Assembly (NCBI GenBank): GCA_037379345.1
Contig: CM074511.1
Location: forward strand, 30,448,862-30,512,861
Reading direction: 5' to 3'
Length of the DNA stretch: 64,000 nt
DNA from: Perna viridis
Taxonomy: Eukaryota
Below, in pieces: positions 1 through 13,355 of the stretch. Each line of letters begins with the position of its first letter. The first letter of the stretch is position 1. The position numbers and the translations under genes were made by a program. The notes under the pieces were generated by a model. It saw only the letters and a program-made list of their open reading frames with translations, did not search any database and had not been told where the DNA came from.

Positions 1-1582
1 TCAATCTAATAGCACTTAACTACATTTTATAAATAACAACTCAGCAGGAACTTATTTTCACACATAATAAGTCAGGGAATTTATACTGAAATCTAAATTC
101 AATAATATTATCTATTTCCATGCTTTCAATTGTGATATCGGAAATTAGTCATGCATGTACATGGAGTCCTGTGAGGTAACTTAAATTCCCTAAACAGAAA
201 TAAAGTAATTATGTTCATAACACTAAAAATAAACAAAATAAATCATTTAAAAATTAGAAAATGTTGACAATCATACGAACTAACAACAAAATATATGACA
301 AAAAACCATAACTAATGTACTAAAATGTTTACAAAGCAGAAAAAAACATTTTGTATACCAGTAATTACTATAATAACAATAGCATTAATAACAGAAGTGG
401 ATCCGGAAATTTTAAATTGGGCAGTTCCAGCTTTTATTGCTCATTTTCGCCCATATTTGGCACAAAATCAACAGCATTATTCAAGGACTGAGCAATACAC
501 TTGGATCTGCAACTGAATAAAACAATATTGTACACAAAATTCTAAATTTTGCTGATTTTATGTACTGAAAACCAGAAAAAAATTCACGAAAGTTTTATCT
601 TGGTGATTTTTGAATTATGACTTCTTCACATCAAAATAAACCTGTTGTAATACATGTAATTTCATCAAAACAAATAACATTGTATAACAATCAACAATTT
701 AAGACCTAAAAATAAGTAAATTGATTCTAAAAACCATGAATAAAAATAAAATGAACAAATTTCCTGCCACCTGGTTTACATTAGTCCTTTGATTATTCAT
801 GACAGTAAAATTATTCTCAGTATCAATTCAAGTGCATTGTTGTCCATAAAGACTAGAATAGAAAATTATTCATAAGCTATATCATGAGTAAATGAAGTTA
901 ACGACAATAGAGCATATAAATTAAAGTAAAAGAGTGGAATTGTTTCTAAACAAATCAATTTTAGGTAGACCTAGTGAATCTCATTCTTGTTTAATTTTGT
1001 AATTCAGAGTTTCCTATGTAAATAAGTAAATGTAATTTAGTGGGACTCTTCGATCCAAGAAAGACCTTTTTGTGGGTAAGATACCATGAAGGAAGCAGCA
1101 ACACCAAGTTGCACACATTGTTGTGCATACTCCCACTTGTACAGGAGATAATAGAGAGAAATTAAAATTGCTAATAACATGTGCCTTATTTATATTATGT
1201 CACACACCGAATTCGAAATCAATCTATCCCTAGGTAAGGTTTGTGTGACAAAAATTTCCTCTATCATTTCATATTATAGTGAAAAATGGCAAATACCCAT
1301 TTAACAAATTGCTTACAATGTATGCCTCATCTATATGAAGACACACACCAAATTTAAAATCAATCCATCCAATGGGCGCCCAGACAATTGCGAAGAAAAT
1401 TACGGACTGACATATGGACAAGGTGATTCCAATATACCACACACTTACTGATTGGGGATATAAAAAACTCCTCAACTCTTAATCTTGATACCAATAAATA
1501 ACAGTACTTTACAAGTATCCTAACAAGTACATGTATAATAAAACAATCAAAACTAAACTTAAAAATCAAAATAAAAAGACGA

Positions 1583-1902
1583 TCAAATTTCACTTTCATT
1601 AAATTGTAGTGTTATCTGATCTCTTACTAAGTAATTCCTTGCAGAATTATGAACAACAGGTTTAGGAGCACTGGTCAATTGATTTTGTTCCGGAGGAGCA
1701 ACACGTGTATAAAATGCAACATTGTCTTTCTCAGGGGTCTGTGGTGCATGTATGGGCTGTGGTAGATGAACTGGTTGTGGAAGTTGTTGTGGTGTATATG
1801 AAGGAGCACTGAATTGTCCTTTAGATGGGGATAAAAATGCAGGATCCATATTACAGTTGTTTTTCAATTGCTTTGCTGCAGAAAATGTCATTTGCTGTAA
1901 AC
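1583..1902 (-). CDS. Gene A last coding exon (P/Q-rich, ends NESEI*); full model join(9387-9327,7227-6986,6225-6093,5170-3185,1902-1583) = 913 aa type I membrane protein
   Basis: tttcag acceptor gives a phase-1 join into ORF 1583..1891; summed exon length 2742 nt is in frame with no stops. Confidence 0.82.
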
Positions 1903-3184
1903 CTGAAATGAGTTAATGAAATAATGAATGAGAAGTAAAATTACTATTCTAAATCAAACTTTGAAGATAACTAGTACCACTGTGAGCATATGATAGCTTA
2001 CAGACAGATAAACTGCCACATATTCTTGTGACATGCATATACACTAATACTTTCTGTAACTTCTGTTTAACTCAAATCCTGAACCCCCTTTTTTAATCAG
2101 ATTTTTAAAATAGCATTATACCCATGTAATAATGCCTTGAGGCAAAGTCTGAGCAAAAAAAAAAAGAAAAACCCCTGGGATCCCCAAAATCAATCACCTC
2201 AGCATTTTAAATACCAAGTGCACACTGGCATTACCTTCACGTATGGAAAAAATCAGGAAAATGGGTGTAAGGTCTAGGAAAAAACAATGTTTTGGTCTGT
2301 TCAGACAAAACTTTTTATACTGATATTTATGAAAAAAAAAATGAATTTTTACTTAAATAAGAGAATCATGCATATCACTCAGACAAAGTCAAAGTTTTAC
2401 TGATAAAACCCGCTAATTCATTCAGATCTGATAGAAGACTTAACAGCAGATGTACACGGCCATTACTTGATAATCATCATTGGTATCTGTTTACCATTTT
2501 GGAAGTTGTTGTGAATTGTAAATGGATATTTCATACATCATATAAGTTCATGGCAAATCACATTGTGTAATGCTTATTAATGGAAACCTTCTTGGGATTC
2601 TTTTCTTGAATCAAAATGCACTGGGAATGTAATTATCTTGTACCAATAGTTATTTCTACAACAAAATTTCATAAAAATCCATCAAGATGTTCAGAAGGAG
2701 AAGTAATATCTAACAGACACCTCCTACTATTCATCTGAGTAAATGACAAAATCTATGTTACATGTATCCAAATGGAAATTTCCATCTCCTTTCAGATAAA
2801 AACTCAAAATAGATGATAATAGTACATGTACCATTAACATCTCTCAACTCTGACTTCCACATTGGATTATCTCTTCTTGCAGAGGATGTGATAATAAGCA
2901 TATGATGGCCAATTTTCCTATAAAATTTCATTAAAATTAGTCTTATGGGCTGAGCTTACAAGATACATGTCAGTTGGATTATCTACCCTTACAAGCATCC
3001 AAAAACAAAAATTTTCCTTCAAGCACAACTCAATATGGTGCCTAACATTCCAAAAAAATTTCATCAAAATCAATTGAGCTGTATACGATATAGGTGTTGC
3101 GCTTAAAAGATATGAAGACAGACTGGCAGACAGACACTGTGATTTCCATATACATGTACTCTAAAATATTCTTGTGTGACTTAC

Positions 3185-5170
3185 TTGCACTAGGTGGTTG
3201 TGGTAGCTGTCCATCCTCTGTATCCCTGGCTGTAACACGGACAATAGTCTGTCTGGTGATCTGGGGGTTATCTCCAGTTGGGTCAGTAGGATCAGGATTG
3301 GCATCTGTCCACACAACCTGGGAGGTCTTAACTCCTGTACGAGGATCAACTCCTGAGTTCATCAATGTAGTACCAGGAGGAGGTATTCTTGGCTCATCTA
3401 ATATGTTACCTGTGGGTAAAATAGGAGATGGTGCTCCTGGGGTCACAGCTAAGGCATCATGTGGGGTTGACTTGGTTCTCTTCTTGCGTCCATGATGAGG
3501 GCTGTGTTTACTGATGTGGTTTGATGGTGTGGAAGTATACCCAGGCATACCAGGGTGAAAATCTGTAGGACTTTGGAACTGTATAGGAATCATTGGTTGT
3601 TGCTGCTGCTGTGTATTTACTGGATAACCATGCTGGTCCACATAATAACCTGGCTGAGAATAGGCCACAGATAATGGAACAGGATTCCCATAAACTGGGT
3701 TCCCAAATGCATCATAACCAACAACAGGATAAACCAGTTGATTCTGAGGCTCATATTGGGTTTGTGGGTAATACTGTTGCATAGTAGATTCATCAGTAGC
3801 AAATATTGGTGCCATAGCCTCTGGCGGAAGAGGAGTATCCTTAATTGGCCCAGTTTTAGGTAATCGGAATGAATCATTGTACATGGAGTCTCTGTCAAAG
3901 GATTCATCAATGTCTGTTGGCTTTTCTGTTGAGGTTTCATCACCAGTTCGATAAGGGTCAACCTTGCCAGAAACAGGGTCAGCTTTGACATACTTTTTAT
4001 GTGACTTTCTCCTTTTCTTTTTACGTGTACCAGGAGAGGTTGATCCCCTCAATTCACTCACTGATGCTCTGATGGCAGGGTTATTTCTATTAAGAGGATT
4101 ACTTATCATTTCAGGGTCTCCTATTTCACTCTGCTGATCTATAGCCTTATACTTCTTGTCAATGGTACCCGTTTCAGGTAGAACAGACTTTTCTTTAGAA
4201 CTTTTTACATCTGGCTTAGAAGACGGAGCTCCTGGGGCATCATCTGACTTTGTCTGTGAATTTGTTCCCTCCTTCTTTACTTTCTCTTCATTTTCACCTT
4301 TCCCTTCTTTTACGCTTTGTCTCCTCTCCAATTCTCTTTTAAGTTCATTTAGCATTTTGTTTTCTTCATTATTGTTTCCTTCTGAGGTAAGTTTCTTTAC
4401 TCCGTCATAATCATACATATAACCCTCCTTGTCAGGGTTTTCAAATATTCCAGAATTTGGCCGTTTAGTGTCCCCTTTTTCCTGGTTCTGATTCATTCTC
4501 TGTTTACGTCTTTTAACTCCTGACATTTCTCCATCATCATGCTGATCATTTCTGTGACGATCATTCCTATCAACATTTGGACCATTCCCTAATCCATTTA
4601 TTGGAGGAGGTGGAGGAACAACTCCAGGTCTGCCCAAATCCTCTCGTCTACGTCTTCCTGGTGAGTCTCCAACTGACTGTATCCTTCCTCTACTGTCATT
4701 CTTGAGGTACTTCCTCTCTGTTTCAACCTCAGAATGATAACGACCTCTTCCTTTATTTTGACAGTCAAAATCCTCATTTTTGCCTGTATGAATATTCCAG
4801 TTTGCTATGGGAGCCTTCTTTGAATATAGACCAGTAGCACTTCCATTTAATGAATTATTCTGTAATGAATCAATGCTAGGAAAAATTCCTTGGTCTTCTA
4901 AATATAACTTTTTACTTGGTGCGTCAGAAACCAAAGATGGCTCCTTGGAGTAATTGTAATCAGAATTTGTATACCCATTATGGCTATGTGCCTGTTTTAC
5001 AGGTTTCTGATGCCTATATTTTGACATCCCTGGTAGTTTGCGCTCCTTAAAGCACCAAAACAAAATAATTGTGAAGGCAATTAAAACAACGATTCCAACG
5101 ACAATTCCTACTATTGTTCCAGCTGACACACCAGAACCTCCTTCAGAATAAGCAGGGGCATCAGGGTCAC
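3185..5170 (-). CDS. Gene A coding exon 4: TM helix and long disordered cytoplasmic tail
   Basis: 1986-nt open exon inside ORF 3042..5213; ctacag acceptor, GTAAGT donor, phase 1 to 1; TM GTIVGIVVGIVVLIAFTIILFWCF followed by KERK. Confidence 0.9.
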
Positions 5171-6092
5171 CTGTAGAAAAAAAATATGATAATTCATTGA
5201 AAACAAAAAACAAGAAAAAACATTCACCATATGCTCTGTAACAGAGATGCCAATTTCATAGTGATGATCTATATGAAGTACAGGTATAAAATGGTCTGTT
5301 TTTAACACTAAAATTATTTAAGTGTAATAGAACTTCTTAAACAAGTCTTAATTAAAGATATTGGATTTCTTCAAAGAGTGTGACAAATTTCAATTGTTCA
5401 CTAAATGATTGTGGAATGATAAACAATTGGTTTAACATCTATTCTAAGTATATGCATGCAAAATGTCAAATGGAGATGTAAGTTTTATTTAACAAAGGAA
5501 TCTTTAAGAAACTGTCCATCTAGAAACCAGTTCCTATGATATGGGTGGCACATGATAAATTTGATCCCACTGAATATTTTGTTCCAATGTAATGTTATAT
5601 AATATGTATGTCAAATAGTACAAAGATTTTTTTAAATCAACAATGAATGACTCCAGAAATGATTTTACAATTCCCTAAGAAAGCAACCAAAGTTTACACA
5701 AAATGAAAGAGTTATCTCCCTTTTTCAATGAATTTCAATGCTTTCTATGTCATTTATTTCTCTTTAAGCACTGCAGTTAATCATAAACTAACATACAACT
5801 TTGAGAAAGCATGCATTTGTGATATGAAATACCGTAAATGAAAACTTTTTGAAAAAAATTTTCATCTGCTACCCAATGCCTGAATTTTGCATGGATGCCT
5901 TCTAAATTATACCATGAAATTTTCACAGCAGTTGCAACAGCTGTAACATGATTACTTTTAAGGAACAACATTATAATATTGGGACTTCGGGAAACTGTAT
6001 GAAAGTAGATTGAAAATACATGCAGAAACTGCAAGAAAGACAATTTGAATGTGATAATAAATCGGTATAGGGTAAATCTGGCTAATACTTAC

Positions 6093-6225
6093 GAAAAGCC
6101 CTAACATCAATGGTGAAGTCATTCTTAGTGTTGTAAAGAACTTTAGGGGTGATGAGCTCAAATGTAATGGTGCCTCCTTTAGAATACAGTACTCCAGTAT
6201 TTTTTGTGGTACAGGATAACTGTTT
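6093..6225 (-). CDS. Gene A coding exon 3: second half of CUB-like ectodomain
   Basis: 133 nt, phase 0 to 1, KQLSCTTKNTGVLYSKGGTITFEL...DFTIDVRAF; canonical splice sites; paralog at 30661-30793. Confidence 0.88.
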
Positions 6226-6985
6226 CTGAAAAACAAATAAAAAATAAGTGATTATAATTACAAAGAGATCCATTCACATTCACCAAACCATAAGATATCA
6301 GAAAAATGCCTGTTTCTGGTGGCCCTAACTTCTTTTTCGCACCCCAACCCCCAAAATCAATCCAAGATTCGTTTTATCATATTGCACTTTGTTGAGCAAT
6401 TTTTTTATGAAGATCTATACACTTATAATCAGAGTTTAAGCCAGGGTTTTAAAACCATTTGTCACTTTTGCGTTACCCCTTTTTCATGTGCCAAAATTTA
6501 ATCCATATCATAAAACTACTACTTTAGATGAGATAGACATTTATATATTTTGACATACTGAGAATAATATTTAGTGGTCCTATGATTTACATTTGCTGAA
6601 AAAAGAATTCGATTTTGTATAGTCATGTACAAATTTTCAATATTAATCTTCATTCTTTTCATTCAAGGGATTAAAAGCCAGATTAAATTTCTAGCAATCT
6701 TCATGAACCATGTAGCATTTGCCTCATTGTTTCATGTAATTCATAAATTGCTATTAAAGTTGAAAACTGCAACCTAGCTGTGATGGTTCTCTACTGGAAA
6801 ATAAAAATATTTTACCATTTCTGTTATCATTTTATTCTATTACTACAAATGTACATGTAACTCTCTGCTTGGTGTAAGGATTAATATAAGGACATACTTG
6901 TATTGATTGAGTGTATGCAGTCTTATAATATTTTCCTCCATATTTCATTATCATGTGTGCAATGATTTGTTTTGAAAAATCTTAC

Positions 6986-7227
6986 CACAGATGCCCCTCC
7001 AGTCTGAGACCCCTCATAAATACTCAATCGGACACCACAATCATTAATATCAATCATTTTCTGTGTAATTTGAATAGCATAGAATGAATCTGTATATCCG
7101 GAATGAATAACTATAGTACATCTGTAGTCTGGATTAACAGGAGTAACATCAGCTCTGGCCTGTATTGTGTAGGTGTGGTCAAATATTGAGATAGTCCTTC
7201 CACAGCTGACTGGACCATCCATGTACA
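6986..7227 (-). CDS. Gene A coding exon 2: first half of CUB-like ectodomain
   Basis: cag acceptor and GTAAG donor, 242 nt, phase 1 to 0; YMDGPVSCG...YRCTIVI...DINDCGVRLSIYEG; paralogous exon of the same length at 32995-33236. Confidence 0.88.
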
Positions 7228-7284
7228 CTGCAAAAAAAAGTTTTATTAATTCCAGTCAGTGGTGTAGGAGGAGTAATGGATAAG

Positions 7285-7782
7285 TTTGTTTGTTTGTTGG
7301 GGTTTAACGTCCGAGCAGCAATATTTCAGCTATATTCAGACGATGAACATGAAATGGATGATTAAATGAACATGAAATGAAAAAACGGATGGGACACAAG
7401 GATAATAGGGTCGACAAATTTTGATTGCCACTGGAAAAAGGGGGGATGGGTAAGGTCGGGCAATTTAGCCTCCTGTGGCGGAGCGCAAAGGTTCCTACTC
7501 CTATCGAATACCACAGCAGGGTTCTTTAACGTGCGTTGAACGTGGCATCTTTCCCAACACGGTGCACCACCATGGTTTGCGGTCAGGTTTTCCGTATTAT
7601 AGCCTGACAACCCCAACACGTCAGGGGTACCCCATTCCACCACCTGGGGCACACATCCCAGTTGCTCTGTAGGCAGAGCGCCTAGCCCCTGGCTAGGTTT
7701 CTGAGCACTATTTAGTCGCCTTTTACGACAAGCTTAGCGCTGCTGCAGGCCTATTCTTTTAACACCCGGACCTGCACGGGGC
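7285..7782 (-). mobile_element. ~500-bp SINE-like retroposon in gene A intron
   Basis: Perfect 12-bp TSD GTAATGGATAAG (7273-7284, 7783-7794); (AAAC)n 3' tail; Nin-domain-like GCACGTTAAAGAACCC; GC-rich relative to flanks. Confidence 0.85.
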
Positions 7783-9326
7783 GTAATGGATAAGAGGAGG
7801 GTAGCTCTCTGTTTAACAGCAGTATGGAAGGATGTCCCTATGAGTATGTATTAAACCCATCCCATGCATTTCATAAGTAGGGTTTAAAAATAGTACATTC
7901 AGCATTAATTTAACATTCTAAATTAGAATTAATAATTTTCTGACTTTCATCATAATGATAATCCCATGAGAACTATCAGCTATTTCAAAATTTTCCTCTA
8001 CCAGTATGTAGACTATAGATATGAAAGTTATATAAATATACTAGCCTGAATCCCATTCTAATAGACTTGAGAATATGGCTAATGGCAAAAAGAGAGTGAT
8101 GTGAAGAGGATTAGAAACTTTTTTTTTTATTTCTTATGGTACATTGCAAGATAAATGATGTTACTGGTAACAGAAAGTAATGAGGCTGGGCAAATTCTTA
8201 AAATTTCTGTTCATATAAAATTAGTGCTATTATTAGGACATGCTATTTCATATCTATTCCTCTTTTATGATATACAATTTATGAGATATTTTCCACATTT
8301 AATCAGAAAAGTTAAACAATGTTAAGTTAAATAGATATCTCAATAAGGTGTTTCACAGAGTGCAGCATGATACAACTGCAGTGGTCAAACCCTGATGGGA
8401 AAAAGTTTTTGGGGTTGTATAAAAATACATATCAAATATCTCAAAAACTTTATAAGATATCTTGTCTATTACGAGACATCTTGTAAATTTACTCCTGTAA
8501 GATACCTTATTGAACTTCATATAATATCTCATTAATATTATAAAAAAATATAAGATATCTAAAATGTTTTACACAATATCTTTTAAAAAGTAAATTAATT
8601 ACATCGGGTATATTTTGCCTCAATCAGCAATGATTGCCCCTTCACATGTGATTATTTTTTAGCCAATCAGATAAATTCTTTGTATTGATGTGGTCTGTAA
8701 AGGCACCCGTTTCCTAAATAGCTTGCAAGTGGCAAGTTACATGTATTATCCATTTACCCTGTAGTCTGAAGATCACATGATCAATTTTCTACAGTCTTAA
8801 TTTAGGTTTTCTTTATTATTATGGTACAAATGAAGGTATGACATTTATAAGATAACTCATTAAAGTTTTCAGATATCTTATGAACTATCTATTATAAGGC
8901 AGGTATCTTATAAAAGTTATAAGATTTGTTATAAAGTTCATAAAATATCTTATATTAAAAGCATTTAAAAGATATTAAAAATATTAAAAGCATAAAGTTT
9001 ATGTAATATCTAAAATACCATAATAGATATCTCATATATTTATTGAGATATCCTATTAAGAAAAAATATTATATCTATCAAAAGACCTCTTATAAAGGAT
9101 ATAAGTCATAAGATAGCTAAAATCTTACAACCTTTGTAAGATATCTCATGAAGTTTATGAGATAACTTTAATAATTAATAAATACAAATATGTTACAGCT
9201 TAAGGTTCAAGTATACCCATAAAATATTAAATAAATTCATCTGAGGATTCAAACTTGAGAAATACCTTATTACGCAAATTAATGTTTAAACACAAGTCAA
9301 AAGAAATGTAAAATTTAATGACTTAC

Positions 9327-9387
9327 AGTTGTACTGCCCATGAGCTGAGCTGATCGCCAAAGCAATAACAAGAAATGAAGATGTCAT
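9327..9387 (-). CDS. Gene A coding exon 1: signal peptide MTSSFLVIALAISSAHGQYN
   Basis: accaccATG start at 9387, hydrophobic leader, GTAAGT donor; 61 nt, phase 1; acceptor tttcag before 9414; homologous exon in gene B. Confidence 0.85.
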
Positions 9388-10272
9388 GGTGGTTCCTCTT
9401 AACTTTACACCATTCTGAAATATAAAGAATGGAAAAGTTTTCAATAGGTTTTAATAGTTCTTATACACAAAATGTTGGCTTCTATTCATTCACATTTTCA
9501 ATGTTAACAGTTTTACTAGTGTCCTTTTTAAGATTTAGAAAGATAAAATAACTCACCACAATCCAAAACACAATTTTGTAAGCATTTTAAGAAATAAAAG
9601 TAATTATAGTTATCTCCCTTTGCTGGTGCAAATTCCTTACAAGGTTGGACAGCTTACATGTATGCACAGTTATTAAGCAGTTTTTTTTGTGCTTATTAGT
9701 TTGATGGCCACAGTTGAAATATCATAAAAGGAGGATTTAAACTTTTTTGTAAAAAATAATTTTACTTGCCCTATTAGACAAGCTACATTCATATGGTTTT
9801 ACTTGTCAGACTGTTTTTTACTGATATTGAACATTTGGACAAGCATTAATATAAAGCCCTAGATCTTATAAAAAATGAAGTTAAATAGTTACATTTAGGC
9901 TTGTTTGCTAGGCTAAATGCTTGATCAAAACATACCAGTTTTCATCAGTTTTTTACTTGAAAACCTTGTATTTTTTACCATTAAAAGTGATGTCTTCATG
10001 CAGTTTTAAGCAATGGTTCAGAAGCATTTCAATCACATATTTAAATATAAGATATCATTACTATTTCTCAATGGATACACCACATGAATTTTTAGTACAA
10101 AAAAAGTAAATATATAGCTTATCTTAAGATATAAGGATTGTATTCTACTCATATTATATAGAACATCATCCTTTAATCTTTAAATAGGCTATTTCTTTCC
10201 ATTTTTTTTTACTAAAGTTCATTTGACTGTCGTCACACATACCCACCAAAAGAATTCAAACCATAAAAAAAT

Positions 10273-10958
10273 GGCAGTGGCTGCTCGTCCGCGCATTCGT
10301 GGACGGGGAGTCTCTAAAGGCTGATCGTCCACACATTCAGTTATATGTCAGTAACACATGAAATCATGACAGAAACAGTTTATTTACATTAGTAAATTGG
10401 AAATAGTGAGATTCTCTTTATACAAATATATACAAAATGATACAAATACAATTTAAATCGTCACTGTTGTAACAAATAACAATTAAAATTCATTCATAAT
10501 TAATACAAAATACACATTTAAAAAACTTGAAAAGCTATTTTAAACTAAGTTTGCACATCGAGAAAGATTCTTTTGGCACATTTTAAATCATAATGCTGCC
10601 ATTTCAGATGGCAGATGTGAAACACATCCATTCACACTGGTCCTTCTTTGAAGCGACTAAAATTTTAAGAATATTCCATGCATTTTTTAACATGTAGGAT
10701 ATTTATATTTTCAGCCAAAATTTAAACATATTTTTTTTTACATCTGGTTAAGACGATGCATCGACTTTGGCACCAGTGATTAAATATGAACACAGTGCAA
10801 AGACATTAATAGTCGTATGTTAGCGGATAAGTTCAACAAATTCGGTAACAAATCAGGTGTTTCGGTTACGATTCCATGTTTTAGACGCAAACCAGACATG
10901 TGGACAATTAGCCTGAAGAGGCTCCCGTCCACCAATGCGTGGATGAGGAGTCACTGCC
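10273..10958. mobile_element. MITE with ~65-bp imperfect TIRs
   Basis: GGCAGTGGCTGCTCGTCCGCGCATTCGTGGACGGGGAG... versus ...CTCCCGTCCACCAATGCGTGGATGAGGAGTCACTGCC. Confidence 0.75.
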
Positions 10959-11137
10959 CAATTAACGACAAATTGTATGGATTTAGCTGTAACTAAATTT
11001 GTGCTCTGGCAATTGGCTAATCAGTTTTAGATGTTTTCTGGCAAGCTATTTTTCTGACTTAAGCTAACCTTGATCAGCTGTACTGAACAAGGGGTACGAT
11101 CAATACAAAATAAACAACAAAGTAGGAAGAGACTTAC

Positions 11138-11335
11138 TGAGTTACTCTGTAGATTTGTGAAAGGAATTGCTATAAAGCAATACATGGAAACAATTGTATT
11201 TAATTTTAAGATCGTTCCGATCTGAAATGTAAGATACTTTTTTATTTGTCACAAATAACAGAACGACATAGAAATTTTGTTGTGTTCAGGTTGTTGTTTA
11301 CCTTGTTAAGAACTACTATGTCGCCATATTGTTAG
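11138..11335 (-). other. Probable non-coding 5' exons of gene A (about 11335-11302 and 11221-11138)
   Basis: AAG|GTAAAC donor at 11301, tttcag acceptor at 11224-11222, GTAAGT donor at 11137; first exon conserved in gene B at ~38834-38865. Confidence 0.6.
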
Positions 11336-11530
11336 TTTATTGCTTTGACCTAAAAATAACCCAGGTAAAATCAAAGTAAATGATCAAACGCTTATGCTCA
11401 CCTGGTTCACTGGTTCCGGTGTGGTAAACAGGAGCTAACGGTAGTATTAGTGATAGTTACCTGTACAGGTAACAATTTATGTTATCGTTTACTTTCTACT
11501 AAAATTTGTCATTATACTGCTACATATATT
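11320..11530. promoter_or_regulatory. Putative bidirectional promoter, copy 1
   Basis: Left part aligns with 38830-38885 (gene B start) and right part with 43345-43520 (gene C start); YY1-like AATATGGCG; palindrome GTTACCTGTACAGGTAAC at 11456-11473. Confidence 0.6.
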
Positions 11531-11796
11531 TCTAACTGTACTTATATTAGTATACAATTCGGTATAGCTACATTGAGTGTATATAGATCTTCATAAAAAA
11601 ATGCACTTACCTGTAATTTGGTTTGGTTGGCAAAAATCCATTTTGTGATACGGGACATCAACAATAAATCACCATTACTTTTTCATTTTTTAAGATAAAA
11701 GAAAAAAATGTTTTGGATTGGCAAATTCCAATCAAACTTATTTTCTACTTTTCGGTTATATTTTTTTTTCTAAAATTTTGAAATACGTATAAGCAG

Positions 11797-11890
11797 TAAT
11801 CCCTTCTGGGATTCGGCGCTGGAGATATTCTTTGTTTTGATCACCACCGAAACAAAAAATATCTCCAGCGCCGAATCCCAGAAGGGATTA
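11797..11890. mobile_element. 94-bp fold-back mini-element with 10-bp TSD
   Basis: Near-perfect palindrome TAATCCCTTCTGGGATTCGGCGCTGGAGATATT...AATATCTCCAGCGCCGAATCCCAGAAGGGATTA flanked by GTATAAGCAG / GTATAGGCAG. Confidence 0.8.
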
Positions 11891-13312
11891 GTATAGGCAG
11901 TAAAGGCAAGGATAAAATTTCTGACAATTATTTATTTCGACTGTAAATCATGATAGGACAAGACATGCCTGCCCTTCCGAAGCACCTGATGTCACGTTCA
12001 TTTTTTGTTGGAGTTCATATTGCTAGCGGTTAATATTAAGTCTTTGTGACGTCTTGTTTTCTTTATTTTTAGAATTTATAGGTAATGGTTCGGTATATTT
12101 TGTATATATCGTCTTCATTTTCTGTTTCCACGTTCAGGTTTTGGGATTAATTTTGACGTATTTGAATCATCCCACTGCTGACGGTTCGGTACTTTTTTGC
12201 CGAATTATATCAGGTAAGTTATGCATAGAACGCCCAATAATTTTTTGGTGTCTTCTTATATTTTTTATGGAATGTCTACTAGTTCAAAAGTCCCAACGAT
12301 GTTATAGAACTGTCAAATTTGCGATGCATATGTTTGGTCGTTCCCTCCGCGGGACTAGAACTCGTACCGCTGTGACATTTATACGTTTTACGGTATCAAC
12401 ACTCTCAGTACATTACATTCATTTTGGCGCCGTATAAAGGAGTAAAAACGCTTTTTAAGAAAAACGGCCCTGCAAAATCCTGAATTTTACGCCCTTACCA
12501 ATAGAAAAGATAACTCAATAATTATGAACACAATATATCATAGTCTTCAAATATGCCAAGAAGTCATATTGTCTGACCGTTAAAGACGGTTATTATATCA
12601 TAACGGGATCAACGTCGGTAACGGAAAAGTGCGCATTTTAGATTAAAAAAGGTTTTATTTTATTAAAATTCAATGTGGTTGCATGCAAGGACCATAATTT
12701 AATTTTGTGAATTTATTTTTAGATGTATTTGTCTTCGAAAATAAAGCTGTTAAACCGTGGTCGAAAGCTGCGGACTTATCGTAATTCTAAAAATAAACAT
12801 CTACATCGTCTGCTGCTGAAATCCGAAAAAAGATGTTCAACTTAATTCACAGACTTGATCATTGAAGATAAAGTGGTGATACATGTACATATTTGTCAGA
12901 ACTTTCTTAATCAGTTATTTTTAATCATCCGAATCATGTTTTAGTGTGATGAAGTGCATTTTACATGGTCCGGAATCCATATTGTTGTCAGCGAATTTTG
13001 TCTGTAGACCACGATATGCTAGACCCACAATAAAACAATTATTAAAATAATTTTCAATTTCTACTGTTTACTTTTACATGTTATGTAAATAAAAATATCA
13101 AAGTCGGAAATAAATTTGAGGTTGAAAGTGGAAAGAATGAACGACAACACGGAAATCACAGAGAAAAACGTTTTCATAATCAAGGGTAGTATACTATATA
13201 TGAGCGTTCGTATAACTGAAATGATCCTGAAAATTTTCAGTCATAACAAGAATATGTTGAAAAAAAAACCAGATACATTTAGCAGACGAACACCCTGTAA
13301 TTATATATTATA

Positions 13313-13355
<43 letters not shown>
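13313..13355. repeat. (ATT)n microsatellite
   Basis: Direct reading. Confidence 0.95.

Noticed and set aside
3094-4410. Plus-strand ORFs opposite gene A exon 4
   Set aside because: Antisense shadows of a coding exon
3042-5213. 723-aa ORF as a stand-alone gene
   Set aside because: Both ends run into introns; the real exon is 3185-5170
8270-9170. AGATATC/ATAAGAT-rich tract
   Set aside because: Degenerate low-complexity or old repeat; no period or ends could be defined
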